A DNA stretch of 64,000 nt from Carpediemonas membranifera BICM (taxonomy: Eukaryota; Protista; Fornicata). The notes beneath the pieces were generated by a model, which was given only the letters and a program-made list of their open reading frames with translations, searched no databases and was not told where the DNA came from. A program made the translations under genes and the position numbers. The stretch spans positions 259,036-323,035 of the forward strand of contig JAHDYR010000017.1 of assembly GCA_019828565.1 (NCBI GenBank), in the 5' to 3' direction. Positions 46,601 through 57,165 of the stretch are shown here, piece by piece (within the stretch, counting starts at the first letter, position 1; each line of letters begins with the position of its first letter).

Positions 46601-47028
46601 CTATGCTCTGGTTCCCCCGCACCAAGACGGCCACGGGCATCCATAAGCTTATTCCTAACAGGTCATGGGACCGCTTCAACCCGGCAAGAGCCCTCAAGGC
46701 CTGGGTCCCAACTGCGACGCGACACAATTCCGACTCGATCTGGCGCATGATCGGTCCATCGGGAGGCATATCACTCACGTGTCCACTTGCAGCGTCCACC
46801 CTCCGCACATGGATCCACAGCGCCTTCGGCCAGAGCGTTTCATGGCACTCCTTCCGCAAGGGGGCAGCTACTGAGCTGGCAGTGGCCAACACAAACACGG
46901 AGGTCCTCCTTTCAATGGGCACGTGGTCATCTACGAAGAGCATGCTGAGGTACATGGGTAACGGGGTACGCACCCATCCAGGGGTCCAGGGTCACCTGGC
47001 CTCAATTCTACTACAACCACCACTCTAA
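43672..47028 (+). CDS. gag-like/tyrosine recombinase long ORF (YR domain C-terminal)
   Basis: YR motifs SRGGEI (R), RTKT (K), WHSFRKGAAT (HxxR), MGTWSS (W), MLRYM (Y); stop-free for 1118 codons. Confidence 0.85.
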   Translation: MAQGSDPPDPTATRLDKLEASINSMSEALNRLAPPPPPEKEPDDEMLESSTVARFNTSESLEEDTMEDIDATLAEMDTFSELPSKRPLKAEAKWLQRVVVITSALPDSATKQRLLLELQARRMVLDLKDDNWSDATTELFQDLFNSTESKSSRTIAYCAAKARSKGRRKDTSGNMGGFTRRREHNNLCSSIPVDEREVVVMGKARRLGRGGRLAPSRRTYQANRHSPATHATTAPGPTAHPKARRDGPTWRDLTLYQRATPAQCPALRGCKGRARCPPGTRPTRPQRNHCGDAGLPALRPKTSSAQPQAQRLHAQDRLSLRLPPDGCGSDRLHATGDRPPERAGVQIQHTRVRLDRCPVRVPVYVHPASKDTREPLQRDNSGVPRRLSHLTSVTSPPSRRRSPNSRAHEVAGSYPRAQQVHPNSHTTPGVPRSHHQHSRRDTADFQGQSRSLCNINRAGPQGRQDRCNRVATPTRPPLVLRKYDTVRQAPAQITPGPTSRPDASHLAADASPAQQLASAAQRSSIQTLRSGQGRLGDQGRTPALGRIRRVLLRVGRLPIQRRPGPLGSRPLSSRVPRLSYRSQGALRDWPGYQAHPNPAHQDPTSYLFGQHRGHRMGQPPGLPMSRRHGHSTPAGYLHHGEHEECRYSLLPYRRAPQCPGGPAVEIRKARLALTPRGTRDDNGQVGSGGDRRHCISGQEARTARIRQESLVPRRSRLPALLDRRQDLSGSADSAFGSGTSSSGEDSDASDPDYVPSDVEVSGNTPLPRSQLTRSQSAETAVPTQDVSQSPLLAHAQHGAILDREARKDQNDCDDRQDPFDELLRHDRLSHFRNESSRRSAAGWVSKFVLSRQAALSDAEQLRAFLLAEGETTGPQSIHRKGYWICQAAPLVSNWRPPPEARQIIKSAENVASLDGLTGGALPVTRAQVRKVVDRRRSSPKAFQVALFAALTFISVSRGGEIFGLTRGDISFDEQGNAMLWFPRTKTATGIHKLIPNRSWDRFNPARALKAWVPTATRHNSDSIWRMIGPSGGISLTCPLAASTLRTWIHSAFGQSVSWHSFRKGAATELAVANTNTEVLLSMGTWSSTKSMLRYMGNGVRTHPGVQGHLASILLQPPL
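44252..46402 (+). CDS. DIRS pol: RT, RNase H, MT-like domain (+1 frame, nested inside the gag-YR ORF)
   Basis: HDLRDLN, KIDLASGYHQ, LGFGWTAAP, VYLDDF, ASDASSFAWG, HIGVKELYA, FSDNTAA, HIAGHLNVQADRLSR, IYLAPPT; start codon uncertain. Confidence 0.9.
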   Translation: MNARWWLWERLGASDEVVGWLRHGVPIKLTGTPPPPTPQRRLDPRLTPKLDEMVRLGVISPCTSGQLRHSAPLFAVAKGEHDVRPVHDLRDLNAITAETRVFRLFGLKRAVRNLKRNDFMLKIDLASGYHQMGVAPTDSTLLGIVLPNGQAYRYNTLGFGWTAAPFVFQSTSIQLAKILANRFNVTIAVYLDDFLISHRSRRHLADAAPQIVALMRSLGAIPGLNKCILTPTQRLEYLGVTINTAAETLQISKDRADRYATSIEQALRAGRIDATEWQRLLGRLSFFASTTQFARLQLRSLQALHPAPTLHISQQMRRQLNSWLALLRDRPSRPFAQARADWEIKDELQLSVASDASSFAWGACLFNGDQGRSAQGRFPPEFRDSHIGVKELYAIGQAIKLTPTQRTRTQLAIFSDNTAAIAWVNRQGSPCLADTAIRLLQDIFTTANTKNVDIHCFHIAGHLNVQADRLSRFAKLDWHSPREVLETIMAKWGPAEIDVTASPDKKLALPGFVRKAWSLDDHGFQRSWTGARIYLAPPTALLGAAHRRLEKIRTPQTPTTSPRTWRSAAILLFPDLNSPEVRALKRLSQHKMYLRVHSSHMLNTELSWTERQGKIRMIAMIVKTRSTNSSATTGYLTSETSHRAAQRLAGSLSSSYRDRQPSPTPNNSEHSSSPRARPLARRVSTERATGSVKRLHSSPTGDLRQKPGRSSRVRRT

Positions 47029-47646
47029 ATCACGACGGGAGTCGTGGGGCAGTGACGATTAGCACGGTACCGACATTCTTGGACGCGAACCCACGAGGGG
47101 TTGGTCGGGGGGCCCACTTGCGTGCCTGTGGGCCAACCATTGTTAGCATGTTGCCGGCGGGATATCCCCGTTGGTTAATGAAAAGAATGTCATGAGGCTA
47201 GGATAGCTAGCTGGCACCACATCAGGTGTCTGAGATTTATCACCTCGGGTGATGGGTTTTGGCGCAATGTGCAGGATAAGGACAATGCCAGAAGAGTTGT
47301 CGCTAGCAGCGACGGCGCCAGGACCGACGCTGGTCAAGGCCAGTGTACCTGCTCGTCAGGTAAGGCGAGCCAGTTCGACTTACCCAGAGAATGCCAGGTG
47401 GCGGTAAGTCCCGAATATTTACATAGCAAACCAGGGGTTTCTTGTAAATATTCTTCCCCCGTTGGAAAGACGTCGTATGTCATAAGGCTTGGTTATCAAG
47501 CATGTTAGTTGGCCATGTTATTGGCGCTACATCGTCAGTAAGGTTACCTCGGGTAACGGGCCCGGAGCGGAGGGCGATGCGATAGCCTCACTCCGGGCAA
47601 AAGGTGTTTCGCCGGTCAGGCGAGTCACGCAGTTTATGCGGACAGA

Positions 47647-50600
47647 ATGGCGCAGGGTTCGGATCCGCCGGATCCGACGGCAACACGCTTAGATAAGCTA
47701 GAAGCTTCAATCAATTCCATGTCCGAAGCCCTGAACAGGCTTGCTCCTCCGCCTCCGCCAGAGAAAGAACCTGACGACGAAATGCTCGAAAGTTCCACCG
47801 TTGCTAGGTTCAATACCTCCGAATCGTTGGAGGAGGACACGATGGAGGACATAGATGCAACTCTGGCAGAGATGGACACCTTCTCGGAGTTACCAAGCAA
47901 GAGACCTCTCAAGGCAGAAGCGAAGTGGCTTCAACGCGTTGTCGTGATCACTAGTGCTCTCCCAGATTCCGCGACGAAACAACGTCTTCTTCTCGAACTA
48001 CAGGCTCGTAGAATGGTCCTAGACCTCAAAGATGATAACTGGTCCGATGCCACGACCGAGCTGTTTCAGGACCTCTTCAACAGCACAGAAAGCAAGAGCA
48101 GCCGCACCATCGCTTACTGCGCAGCGAAGGCCCGCTCTAAGGGCAGGCGTAAGGACACCAGCGGTAACATGGGGGGTTTCACAAGAAGAAGAGAACATAA
48201 CAACCTCTGTTCATCAATTCCCGTCGATGAACGCGAGGTGGTGGTTATGGGAAAGGCTCGGCGCCTCGGACGAGGTGGTCGGCTGGCTCCGTCACGGCGT
48301 ACCTATCAAGCTAACAGGCACTCCCCCGCCACCCACGCCACAACGGCGCCTGGACCCACGGCTCACCCCAAAGCTCGACGAGATGGTCCGACTTGGCGTG
48401 ATCTCACCCTGTACCAGCGGGCAACTCCGGCACAGTGCCCCGCTCTTCGCGGTTGCAAAGGGCGAGCACGATGTCCGCCCGGTACACGACCTACGCGACC
48501 TCAACGCAATCACTGCGGAGACGCGGGTCTTCCGGCTCTTCGGCCTAAAACGAGCAGTGCGCAACCTCAAGCGCAACGACTTCATGCTCAAGATCGACTT
48601 AGCCTCCGGCTACCACCAGATGGGTGTGGCTCCGACCGACTCCACGCTACTGGGGATCGTCCTCCCGAACGGGCAGGCGTACAGATACAACACACTAGGG
48701 TTCGGCTGGACCGCTGCCCCGTTCGTGTTCCAGTCTACGTCCATCCAGCTAGCAAAGATACTCGCGAACCGCTTCAACGTGACAATAGCGGTGTACCTCG
48801 ACGACTTTCTCATCTCACATCGGTCACGTCGCCACTAGCAGACGCCGCTCCCCAAATAGTCGCGCTCATGAGGTCGCTGGGAGCTATCCCAGGGCTCAAC
48901 AAGTGCATCCTAACTCCCACACAACGCCTGGAGTACCTAGGAGTCACCATCAACACAGCCGCCGAGACACTGCAGATTTCCAAGGACAGAGCCGATCGCT
49001 ATGCAACATCAATCGAGCAGGCCCTCAGGGCCGGCAGGATCGATGCAACCGAGTGGCAACGCCTACTAGGCCGCCTCTCGTTCTTCGCAAGTACGACACA
49101 GTTCGCCAGGCTCCAGCTCAGATCACTCCAGGCCCTACATCCCGCCCCGACGCTTCACATCTCGCAGCAGATGCGTCGCCAGCTCAACAGCTGGCTAGCG
49201 CTGCTCAGAGATCGTCCATCCAGACCCTTCGCTCAGGCCAGGGCAGACTGGGAGATCAAGGACGAACTCCAGCTCTCGGTCGCATCCGACGCGTCCTCCT
49301 TCGCGTGGGGCGCCTGCCTATTCAACGGCGACCAGGGCCGCTCGGCTCAAGGCCGCTTTCCTCCCGAGTTCCGAGACTCTCATATCGGAGTCAAGGAGCT
49401 CTACGCGATTGGCCAGGCTATCAAGCTCACCCCAACCCAGCGCACCAGGACCCAACTAGCTATCTTTTCGGACAACACCGCGGCCATCGCATGGGTCAAC
49501 CGCCAGGGCTCCCCATGTCTCGCCGACACGGCCATTCGACTCCTGCAGGATATCTTCACCACGGCGAACACGAAGAATGTCGATATTCACTGCTTCCATA
49601 TCGCAGGGCACCTCAATGTCCAGGCGGACCGGCTGTCGAGATTCGCAAAGCTCGATTGGCACTCACCCCGCGAGGTACTCGAGACGATAATGGCCAAGTG
49701 GGGTCCGGCGGAGATAGACGTCACTGCATCTCCGGACAAGAAGCTCGCACTGCCAGGATTCGTCAGGAAAGCTTGGTCCCTCGACGATCACGGCTTCCAG
49801 CGCTCCTGGACCGGCGCCAGGATCTATCTGGCTCCGCCGACAGCGCTTTTGGGAGCGGCACATCGTCGTCTGGAGAAGATTCGGACGCCTCAGACCCCGA
49901 CTACGTCCCCTCGGACGTGGAGGTCAGCGGCAATACTCCTCTTCCCCGATCTCAACTCACCCGAAGTCAGAGCGCTGAAACGGCTGTCCCAACACAAGAT
50001 GTATCTCAGAGTCCACTCCTCGCACATGCTCAACACGGAGCTATCCTGGACCGAGAGGCAAGGAAAGATCAGAATGATTGCGATGATCGTCAAGACCCGT
50101 TCGACGAACTCCTCCGCCACGACAGGCTATCTCACTTCCGAAACGAGTCATCGCGCCGCTCAGCGGCTGGCTGGGTCTCTAAGTTCGTCCTATCGCGACA
50201 GGCAGCCCTCTCCGACGCCGAACAACTCAGAGCATTCCTCCTCGCCGAGGGCGAGACCACTGGCCCGCAGAGTATCCACAGAAAGGGCTACTGGATCTGT
50301 CAAGCGGCTCCACTCGTCTCCAACTGGCGACCTCCGCCAGAAGCCAGGCAGATCATCAAGAGTGCGGAGAACGTAGCATCTCTCGACGGCCTAACAGGAG
50401 GCGCACTACCGGTGACCAGAGCCCAGGTCCGCAAGGTCGTCGACAGGCGACGCTCCTCACCGAAAGCGTTCCAGGTAGCGCTGTTCGCTGCACTTACATT
50501 CATCTCAGTCAGCCGGGGAGGCGAGATCTTCGGCCTGACGAGAGGCGACATCTCTTTCGATGAACAGGGCAACGCTATGCTCTGGTTCCCCCGCACCAAG

Positions 50601-51002
50601 ACGGCCACGGGTATCCATAAGCTTATTCCTAACAGGTCATGGGACCGCTTCAACCCGGCAAGAGCCCTCAAGGCCTGGGTCCCAACTGCGACGCGACACA
50701 ATTCCGACTCGATCTGGCGCATGATCGGTCCATCGGGAGGTATATCACTCACGTGTCCACTTGCAGCGTCCACCCTCCGCACATGGATCCACAGCGCCTT
50801 CGGCCCGAGCGTTTCATGGCACTCCTTCCGCAAGGGGGCAGCTACTGAGCTGGCAGTGGCCAACACAAACACGGAGGTCCTCCTTTCAATGGGCACGTGG
50901 TCATCTACGAAGAGCATGCTGAGGTACATGGGTAACGGGGTACGCACCCATCCAGGGGTCCAGGGTCACCTGGCCTCAATTCTACTACAACCACCACTCT
51001 AA
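47647..51002 (+). CDS. Second full unit: gag/pol/YR ORFs with a 1-bp deletion near 48835 that swaps frames
   Basis: Nearly identical to 43672-47028; cgccactagca here versus cgccacctagca. Confidence 0.88.
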
Positions 51003-51534
51003 ATCACGACGGGAGTCGTGGGGCAGTGACGATTAGCACGGTACCGACATTCTTGGACGCGAACCCACGAGGGGTTGGTCGGGGGGCCCACTTGCGTGCC
51101 TGTGGGCCAACCATTGTTAGCACGTTGCCGGCGGGATATCCCCGTTGGTTAATGAAAAGAATGTCATGAGGCTAGGATAGCTAGCTGGCGCTACATCGTC
51201 AGTAAGGTTACCTCGGGTAACGGGCCCGGAGCGGAGGGCGATGCGATAGCCTCACTCCGGGCAAAAGGTGTTTCGCCGGTCAGGCGAGTCACGCAGTTTA
51301 TGCGGACAGAATGGCGCAAGGTTCGGATCCGCCGGATCCGACGGCACGGTACCAGTTACGACTGGTATACTCCTTCTCCCTCGGTAAGCGGAGAGGACTT
51401 CACGTTTAACTTACACTAGCTTCCTCGTTAACATTGTGTAAATTAAGCGCCCCCCCCGTTGGTTAATGAAAAGAATGTCATGAGGCTAGGATAGCTAGCA
51501 TGGCCAGTTATCGATAGCAACGGACGGAAAAGGT

Positions 51535-51615
51535 CGACACCGATGGGATTTGAACCCATGCTCCCAAGGGAAATGGCTTTCGAAACCATCGCCTTAACCA
51601 CTCGGCCACAGTGTC
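51535..51615 (-). tRNA. tRNA-Ser (anticodon CGA)
   Basis: GACACTG acceptor stem pairs with CGGTGTC plus discriminator G; D arm GCCGAGTGGTTAAGGC; anticodon arm ATGGT-TTCGAAA-GCCAT; long variable arm; T arm ATGGG-TTCAAAT-CCCAT; followed by TTTT. Confidence 0.95.
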
Positions 51616-51618
51616 TAT

Positions 51619-51929
51619 TGGCAAGGCCAGCGGAGCCAAAACTTCGGCGCGAGAGGTCGAGGATGATTCGATACGATCTCAAAGACGGGATCGTGCGTCT
51701 CATAAGGGCGGTTCAGTTGTTCAAGAGCGAACTGAAACCGCGGGGCAGCCTTGCTCCCGATCCCCTCCTTCGGAGGGTGACGCTCGGCATTACGTAAGGT
51801 CGAGCGAGGTAATTTACTCCGGCTTACACAGAGATAGACCCGGGACGATGCGAGAACGCGACACAATAAATTACCTACCCCCCCCTGTGGGAATGGACGG
51901 AGTCTACCGGATCGTCAGCCTGTCTGACG
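51619..51929 (+). mobile_element. Solo ~310-bp structured terminal module related to the YR-element A-spacer-B module
   Basis: Starts tat|TGGC like the element's left junction. Contains a gctcg-..gtaag..-cgagc hairpin, an AT-rich long stem, a C-run and a terminal hairpin in the same order and at similar length as 43237-43526 and 51186-51499. Confidence 0.55.
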
Positions 51930-52168
51930 GTGTTCACTCCGGAGGGTGACTCAGACAGGGTGTTAGGACACCGATATATTGCCTGCAACACCATGGGCGG
52001 CGAAGACCCTAATAGGCGACGCTATGAAAGCGCTGAAGACGTATGGCCACATTTACTCCACCTGACTCAATCCTACCTGAAGGACTGACTTCTGGAGACT
52101 CGAACAGATGGCTGAAGAAACAACACAGTGTGCCGGATGGCAGCAGAAAACTGGGAAATCCATTTACC

Positions 52169-54925
52169 TTAAAGTGCACTGGGAGTGAGGGAGATGCTGT
52201 GACATCTTGCCCCCCTAAGCCGAAGCTTATTGGCTCTAAGGTAAGCACGAGCGAGCGAGACTCCGGAGAGTGCAGTCGCCGGCTCATAGGTGGGTTCGTC
52301 GTAGCCTTCCCACTTCACCTTCAGTTCGAGGATGTCGTCCTTGACGCGGTGCTTGAGGATCTTCTCAACGATAAAAGTCTCCTCGTCTGAGGAAGCTAGC
52401 TGGCGGAGCTTGTTGAAGTGGTAGTTCACGTGGAACGGGAGCAGGTGATCCCGGTGGACGGTTGTGGTGGTGTTCGTGATGATGTCGGCGATAACGACGG
52501 CCTTGTGGTCGAGGATCTCGAGGATCTTGTAGGGTCCCAGGTGACCGTGCAACTTGGGGGTCCTGTTGCGCTGTACGAGGACTAGGTCACCTGGCTTGAG
52601 CTCGGTCTCTGCGGTCTTTCCTTTGGCAGGCGCTTCTCGACAACCTTACGTTGCGTCTCCTCCCCCTTCTTGGAAAGGGACTTCAGGTGGTTAGTGAGGT
52701 TGTCTAGGTATTCACGATGGGAGGATAGGATTGTCTCGGAAGCTGTAGGGTCAGTCGGGGCGAGTAGCCGGGCTCTAGTGGCGGACGGGTCCAAATGCTC
52801 GCCGTAAAGCATGCTGTGGGGGGTGAGGCCTGTGGCAGAGCAGATAGAAGTGTTCAGCAAAAGCTGAACGGCAGGGGAGAAGCCTGCTCCACTCGTCAAA
52901 CTTGTTAAAGTTGAGCGTGAGGCAGCGGAGGTGCTTCATCACTTCGGCGTTACGGCGTTCAACAACGCCGTTGGACTGGGGATGATACGGGAGAGTGTGT
53001 TGTTCGGTGATCTCGGCATCAGACAGGAGGGCCTTGATCACGGCACCAGTGTACTCCGGCCCGTTGTCAGCCTTAATGGCGGCAGGGATGCCATGACGGC
53101 AGACAAGTTGTTGCCAGATGGCAGAGGCAGCGGCATCGGCAGTGTTCTCATCGCTGGCATATAACTCCGTGTACCTGGTGAACATATCAACAAGGACGAA
53201 GATGTACTTGCGGCCGAACATGTCTGCGGGGATGGGGCCTATGGTGTCAATGGCGACCGTGTGGAAAGGCTTATACACGGCCGTGGTCCCTAGGCTTGAC
53301 TGAGCGAACTCAGAGAGTCTAGCCTTGAGACAGATCGGACAGGAGTGGACGTAGGCGGCGATCTCTTGAGTCGCGCTGACCCAGGTGTAGCCGTCATCGC
53401 GGAGGCGGGTGTACGTGGCTCTAGCTCCGTGGTGGCCACGGTGAGCGATGGCAATAAGCTCTTGGCGTAAGCCCTTCGTTTGATCACAGGTCGGGATCAT
53501 GCAGGCTCCGTTCCGGCGTCGGAGACCATCAGCGTCTACCGGCAGCTTGCTGATCTCCGGGTCCTCTCCTTGGAAGTGTGCCAGTCTGTCCTTGAACCGG
53601 GCATCGACAGATATGGCGGCGACGGGTTGGGCTGTAGTCTGGCCGTGGCCATACCGGCTGAGCGAATCAGCTATGACGTTATCCTTCCCGGGAACGTGTG
53701 TGATTTCAAAGTCGAAGTCGGCTAGCGTCAGACGCCAGCGGAGGATCTTGTCGTTCGTCGCGGACTTGTAGATCATGTAGATCAGATTACGGTGGTCTGT
53801 TCTGAGGGTTACATGCTTCACGCGCAGAAGGTGGGTGAGGGAGGGGTACGTGAAGGCGTATACGATGGCGAAAAGTTCCTGTTCGCAGGTAGCCCATCTG
53901 GTCTGGGTGGGGGTGAACGTATGAGAGAAATAGGCCAGCACTTGTCTGCCCGAGTTGTCGTTGGGAGTCTGGTAGAGTACACCTCCGGCTCCGACATTGG
54001 AAGCGTCGGTCTCGAGGGTCCAAGGAAGGGACAAGTCTGGGTGAGCGATGAAGAGGTCATCGGTGAAGAGGGACTTAAGGGTGTTGAAAGCCTCAGTCTC
54101 GGCTGGGCCGAAGCTGAAGACGGCGTCCTTCTCTAGGAGAGCGGTAAGGGGCTTGAACAGCTCATGGCGTTTCTCTGAGATGAATGAGGCTAAGAACTGG
54201 AACTTGCCGAGCACGGTCCTGAGCCCGTGGACATCAGTGGGGAGGGGAAGCTCTCGTAGGGCGCGGGTGCGCTCAGGGTCTACGTGAACTCCAGCCTTGT
54301 CGACAATGAAACCAACTATGGGGGGCCTCGGAATAGCCTATTCGGCACTTCTTTGCGCCTAGGCGGACGTTGGCTTCTTCCAGGCGAGTGAGGGTGTCAT
54401 CGAGAAGCTTGAGGAAAAGTTCCTCGGAGGAGTACATGAAGAGGTCATCGATGTACGGGTCAACCCCCTTATGGAGGATGGGCCCGAGGATAGTCTCGAT
54501 ACCTCGCTGGAAATGCGACGGGGCATTGGCAAGCCCAAAAGGCATCATGGTGAACTGTTCATGCACGCCAGGGGCGATGAACGCGGTCTTCTCCTTGTCC
54601 TCGTCAGCCATAGGCACCTGCCAATAGCCTGAGGTCAGGTCCAGGGCGGCAAATCGGTCGCACCCACTTGCTCGGCGAAGGAACTCGCGCATGTTGGGGA
54701 GGGGGTGTCGATCACGGGTGGTGTGGCTGTTGAGTAGGATATAGTCGATGCAAAGCCGCCAAGCGTCCCCCTTTCGCACGAGGACTACTGGACTGGCATA
54801 TGGGCCGGTGTTGGCCTCGGTGATGCCCTTGTCGCGTAAGTCTGAGACATGATCGTGCAGCCACTCCGTCTTGGCTGGAGCCAGAGGGCGTGGCTTCATG
54901 TTGACAATGTAGCCGTCGGTCGGGA
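52169..54925 (-). pseudogene. Gypsy element 3 pol: RT, RNase H, integrase, chromodomain (frameshifted)
   Basis: RLCIDY, LDLTSGYWQ, MPFGLANAP, YIDD, ETDAS, RTDHRNL, AIDTIGP, ADNGPEY, VERRN. Confidence 0.9.
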
Positions 54926-54941
54926 TGGTCATGGGGGGAAG

Positions 54942-57147
54942 CGGCTGTCTCCGAGTCCATCCTCCGCACCTTCCTATGGCCAAAGATCGAATTCGGAATC
55001 GAAATCTGGGGCCAAGTCCCAGGAGGCAGAAGGCTTTGGAACGACTGGCGAGGACTCATGGCGGGAACCGGACCCGGTGGAGGTGGTGTCGCCCGCCTGA
55101 TGATGGGATGGATGTGCTGGGAGGCGGACATGGGTGTAAGAGCGGTTAGAATCCGCGAATCGGCCCGGGACCCTGACCGCCCATCGCCCCTAGCGGACTT
55201 CGACTGGGGAAGAGCGAACCCCAAGTCCGTTATCGGAAAGCTGAACAAGTGGGCAGACAACGTACTAGATCTGGCCCCTAGCGACCTTCACGGACCCAGA
55301 CCCAGAGCAATAGCCGGGGGATGGAAGATGACAGCACGAGACATCGCCACCAAAGGTAGCCGAACAGCCAAGGCGGCCGCCGAAGTGCTAGCTGCGGAGG
55401 CAATGCAAACAATGGCAGGCGGGAGAGCACCCAAGAAACCAAAGATTATCAGAGGGGAGATGATGCTCAGGAGGGAGCTGAAGAGGGTAGTTGCAACAGC
55501 CTCCAACACGCTCCCCTCCGCTAGCAACAGCCACACAACTCGAGGAGCCGCGCTCATCATAAGCAGGAGGTACCCTGGGCAGGAAATGCTCTGCGACCGT
55601 ATCCAAAGAATATGCCCGATATGCACACTCGCAGCCGAACGCGAATTGATCAACTACCTCCAACTATACCCCCCCCCAGGCGCAGGCGCTAGTGGCAGTA
55701 GCCGGGTGGCTGGAAGACCAACCGCTAGGAACACAAAGCCACATCATAGCGGAGTGCCAGGGCGTCGGCCGCCCAAGTGGGTGGGAGCAGTGCTGGGAAG
55801 CTGCGGCAACACACACCATGGCAAGTAGGCTGCGGCACGGCCCAGATGGGGAGTGGTATAACTCCAGGGCCATATTGGAGCTCCACTGGCTACTGCAACA
55901 GGAGGATGAAACAGTGAAGGAGGGTCTATTATGCGGGAAAAAGGCCCTCATGAACCTCAGAACAGGCCCAGACCCCCTAGGAGGAAAGCCCTGGGTGAAG
56001 ACAAGGCACAGGGCGGAACATTCCTGGAACCGGCGGGAGGTGTTTTCCCCCCACATGTTCCGGTAGCGCCCGGCCGCACACCCAACCCAACCCACGCAGC
56101 AAGGGAGCACTCTGATGCCTGCATCACACTTGAAACAACTCCCCCACCACCAAGAGGGGACAGGCCCAACCCACAGGGCGGCCTGGAAAGGTGGCCCGAG
56201 CACCGACCCCAAGCGCAGCGGGCCTGGAACCAATGAGGACAACACCACATGTTCCGGTAGCGCCAGGCGGAGGGAAGGCTGCAAAAGGACCACTAAGGGA
56301 CAACCGCATACAACAAGCACGAAATAGGGAAGGCCTGGCAAAACAGCTGGGCCAGTAGGGCGCAAGCGTCCGGACAAGCAGTCCGGCGCATCCCTCCGGC
56401 GCGCAAGGGGTACCCCCTCCCCACACAGTGGGGGCGCACCAGGAGGATGATGCATGGCAGACTGGCGGAGGTACTGGATGACGCAAGAAGCTACCCACTC
56501 CGTCGGTAACCTGCCGGGAAGGCAGGGCCATCCTGATGTGGCCCGGCGCCTAGCCAGGAACACTGGAAGACGTGGCAACCGCCCCTGGGAGCTCCCCCCC
56601 GATAATGGGAACCTGGAGTGAAATCGGACAGCGCTAGATGAGCCCGAACGCAGCCGGCAAGTCCGTGGAAGTCTACCTACGCGGCGTCGGTGGGTTCCTA
56701 ACCCGGCCCAGCTGGTACGGCGAACTCTAGACCCGACCCCGCCCTGGCGGGTGCCTGAAACATGGCGAGCGGGTCGAGGAAACTCCAGGACCTCCCTAGG
56801 GGACCCGGGGGAGAGGGGAAACGTACGGAAGGTCCCCTGACAGCAGCGTGCAGGGCAAGGCTTTGTAGGTGCCAGGCAGACCTGGGACCCAAAGGGCCCC
56901 TAAGAGTAAGACCTGGGTTAGCCTAACTTTGGGGGTATTAATGTGGCCATGTATAGGATCCCTCTAGCGTACCAGCTAGGCCTTGACGGCCGTTGTTCAC
57001 GCCCTCTTAGGAAGTGTTAGGTGTGCTCTGTAGAGGTACCAACACGCTTAGGCGTTCCTCGAAGGGGTGACACAAACTGTGACATTCAGCTTACACAGCA
57101 GGACGAGTAGCAGGACACATTAAATTCTTTCTTCTTCTTTTCTTTTC
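54942..57147 (+). mobile_element. Non-LTR family A, copy 2 (5'-truncated, 2.2 kb)
   Basis: Near-identical to 9870-12066; TSD tggtcatgggggg(gg)aag at 54926-54941 and 57148-57165; pyrimidine tail. Confidence 0.93.
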
Positions 57148-57165
57148 TGGTCATGGGGGGGGAAG

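Larger units (their letters stand above)
42473..51499 (+). mobile_element. Tandem array (period 3975 bp, about 2.2 units) of a PAT-like DIRS-order YR retrotransposon with split direct repeats
   Basis: Near-identical units. Repeat A (161 bp) at 43547, 47522 and 51186; repeat B (46 bp) at 43191, 47166, 51140 and 51454. The last unit has the canonical A1-ORFs-B1-A2-B2 layout. Confidence 0.92.
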
